Shown: piece after piece, positions 35,570-36,697 of the stretch
Layout: each line of letters opens with the position of its first letter
Position numbering within the stretch: position 1 is the stretch's first letter
Virus record (IMG/VR): IMGVR_UViG_3300037506_000345
Span: 1-36,697 of that record
Length of the DNA: 36,697 bases
From: a virus
Lineage: Duplodnaviria > Caudoviricetes
Strand: one strand, 5' to 3'
Notes under the pieces: generated by a model
Databases searched by the model: none
Seen by the model: the letters and a program-made list of their open reading frames with translations, nothing else
What the model was told of the DNA's origin: nothing
Translations under genes and position numbers: made by a program

Positions 35570-36433
35570 ATGAAGGTCAACAAGAAGCAGTTCGAGGTCG
35601 AGGTCGGCGGTGAGAAGGTCAAGCTGGAGGCGCGTCGCCCGGACACGCGTCAGAAGCAGCAGGCCAACCTGGTCTACGCCAGGGCGTTTCGCAACATGGT
35701 CAAGCCGGCCGACGGCGGCCCAGGCTTCATCGTCCGCAGCGCCCTCGAGGGGGTGATGCGGGAGCAGAAGCTGTGGGACGACGAGAAGCAGGCCAGGGCC
35801 GACGAGCTTGCCAAGCTCCTGGCGGACGGCGAGCTGAGGCTGCGCAAGGGCGGCATCCGGCTGAGCGAGGCCCGCGAGCTGGCCATCTCCATGAGGCGGT
35901 GGCGGGCTGAGCTGAACATCCTGCTGGCCAAGCGGAACGAGCTGGACCTGAACACGGCTGAGGCGCAGGCGGAGCAGGCCCGGTTCAACTACCTGGTATC
36001 CGCCTGCACTGTTCGCGCCGACACCGGCAAGCCGTACTTCTCCTCGCAGGAGGACTACGAGGCCAGGGCGGACGACGACCAGGCCGCGGCGTCGGCGGCC
36101 GGCCAGTTCGGGCAGCTGTACTACGGCGTGGACGAGGACTTCTACGGCAAGCTGCCGGAGAACGAGTTCCTGCTCCGGTTCCGGTTCTGCCGCCCGAAGG
36201 ACTTCCACCTCGTCGACAAGGACGGGCGGCTCATCAACGCCGACGGCAAGCTGGTGAACGAGGACGGCTTCCTCGTGGACGACAAGGGCAACCCGGTCGA
36301 CGACAAGGGGAACCCGGTCGACAAGGACGGCCGGCCGGTGGTGCAGGCCCAGCCGTTCCTGGACGACGACGGCCGCCCGGTGGCGGAGGCCAAGCGGGAG
36401 CCGGAGGCCAAGCCGGAGGCCGCCCAGGGCTGA
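35570..36433 (+). CDS. Tail assembly chaperone-like protein with C-terminal 7-aa (VD-x-x-G-x-x) repeats
   Basis: Follows the tube gene; LVDKDGR-LINADGK-LVNEDGF-LVDDKGN-PVDDKGN-PVDKDGR. Confidence 0.65.
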   Translation: MKVNKKQFEVEVGGEKVKLEARRPDTRQKQQANLVYARAFRNMVKPADGGPGFIVRSALEGVMREQKLWDDEKQARADELAKLLADGELRLRKGGIRLSEARELAISMRRWRAELNILLAKRNELDLNTAEAQAEQARFNYLVSACTVRADTGKPYFSSQEDYEARADDDQAAASAAGQFGQLYYGVDEDFYGKLPENEFLLRFRFCRPKDFHLVDKDGRLINADGKLVNEDGFLVDDKGNPVDDKGNPVDKDGRPVVQAQPFLDDDGRPVAEAKREPEAKPEAAQG

Positions 36434-36438
36434 CGGGC

Positions 36439-36697
36439 GTGTCCCCCGAGGAGAGGGAGGCGGCGGCCTGGGCGGTCGTGGCCGGGGTTCGCAAGTTTTC
36501 CGTCTCCGGGCTGGAGCTGGCGGTGTGCCCGCCGACGCCGGAGGACAGGGCCGACGCGGCCGGGCTGTACACCCTCCTGCTAGGCGACTTCTTGATGTCG
36601 GGGGCGATGTGCGTCGAGGAGATGGCGGCGTACGAGGAGTCGACGGGCCTGTGGGTCGCAGCCGACGAAGCGTTGCTGTCCCGCGTCCGGGCCGACA
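36439..36697 (+). CDS. Hypothetical tail-region protein, truncated by window end
   Basis: Open frame MSPEEREAAAW...PPTPEDRADAAGLY...GLWVAADE, resembling the N-terminal half of the preceding gene. Confidence 0.65.
   Translation, partial: MSPEEREAAAWAVVAGVRKFSVSGLELAVCPPTPEDRADAAGLYTLLLGDFLMSGAMCVEEMAAYEESTGLWVAADEALLSRVRAD

Noticed and set aside
36290-36440. Programmed -1 frameshift joining the tail chaperone to the next ORF
   Set aside because: The next ORF is in the -1 frame but I see no X XXY YYZ slippery heptamer, and it has its own GTG.

Overview
A 36.7-kb piece of a large, GC-rich tailed phage (Caudoviricetes). The host is probably a planctomycete (Gemmataceae-like), inferred from several TIGR02996-type 'repeat-companion' domains. 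There are two divergent arms meeting at about 13.45-13.75 kb. LEFT ARM (minus strand, 1-13427): about 35 small accessory/early genes driven by sigma70-type promoters. It holds paralog families, several frameshifted or decayed genes, and a 242-bp non-autonomous IS200/IS605 (TnpB-derived) element whose excision exactly restores an RBS-ATG junction. RIGHT ARM (plus strand): sigma-like factor, putative small terminase, two HNH nucleases, ERCC4 nuclease, intein-containing large terminase, portal, protease/scaffold, decoration protein, major capsid, adaptor and neck proteins, fibre-like proteins, two homing endonucleases, tail tube and tail chaperone-like genes. The most striking unannotated signal is a dense cluster of RNA devices on the early transcript at 9.8-12.4 kb. 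It comprises two type II hammerhead ribozymes (one canonical, one degenerate) bracketing a TIGR02996-domain gene, two D-armless tRNA-like elements with an 8/5 acceptor/T fold, and a ~530-nt hairpin-dense candidate ncRNA ending in one of those elements. All calls come from manual reading and motif recognition; no database searches or folding programs were run.
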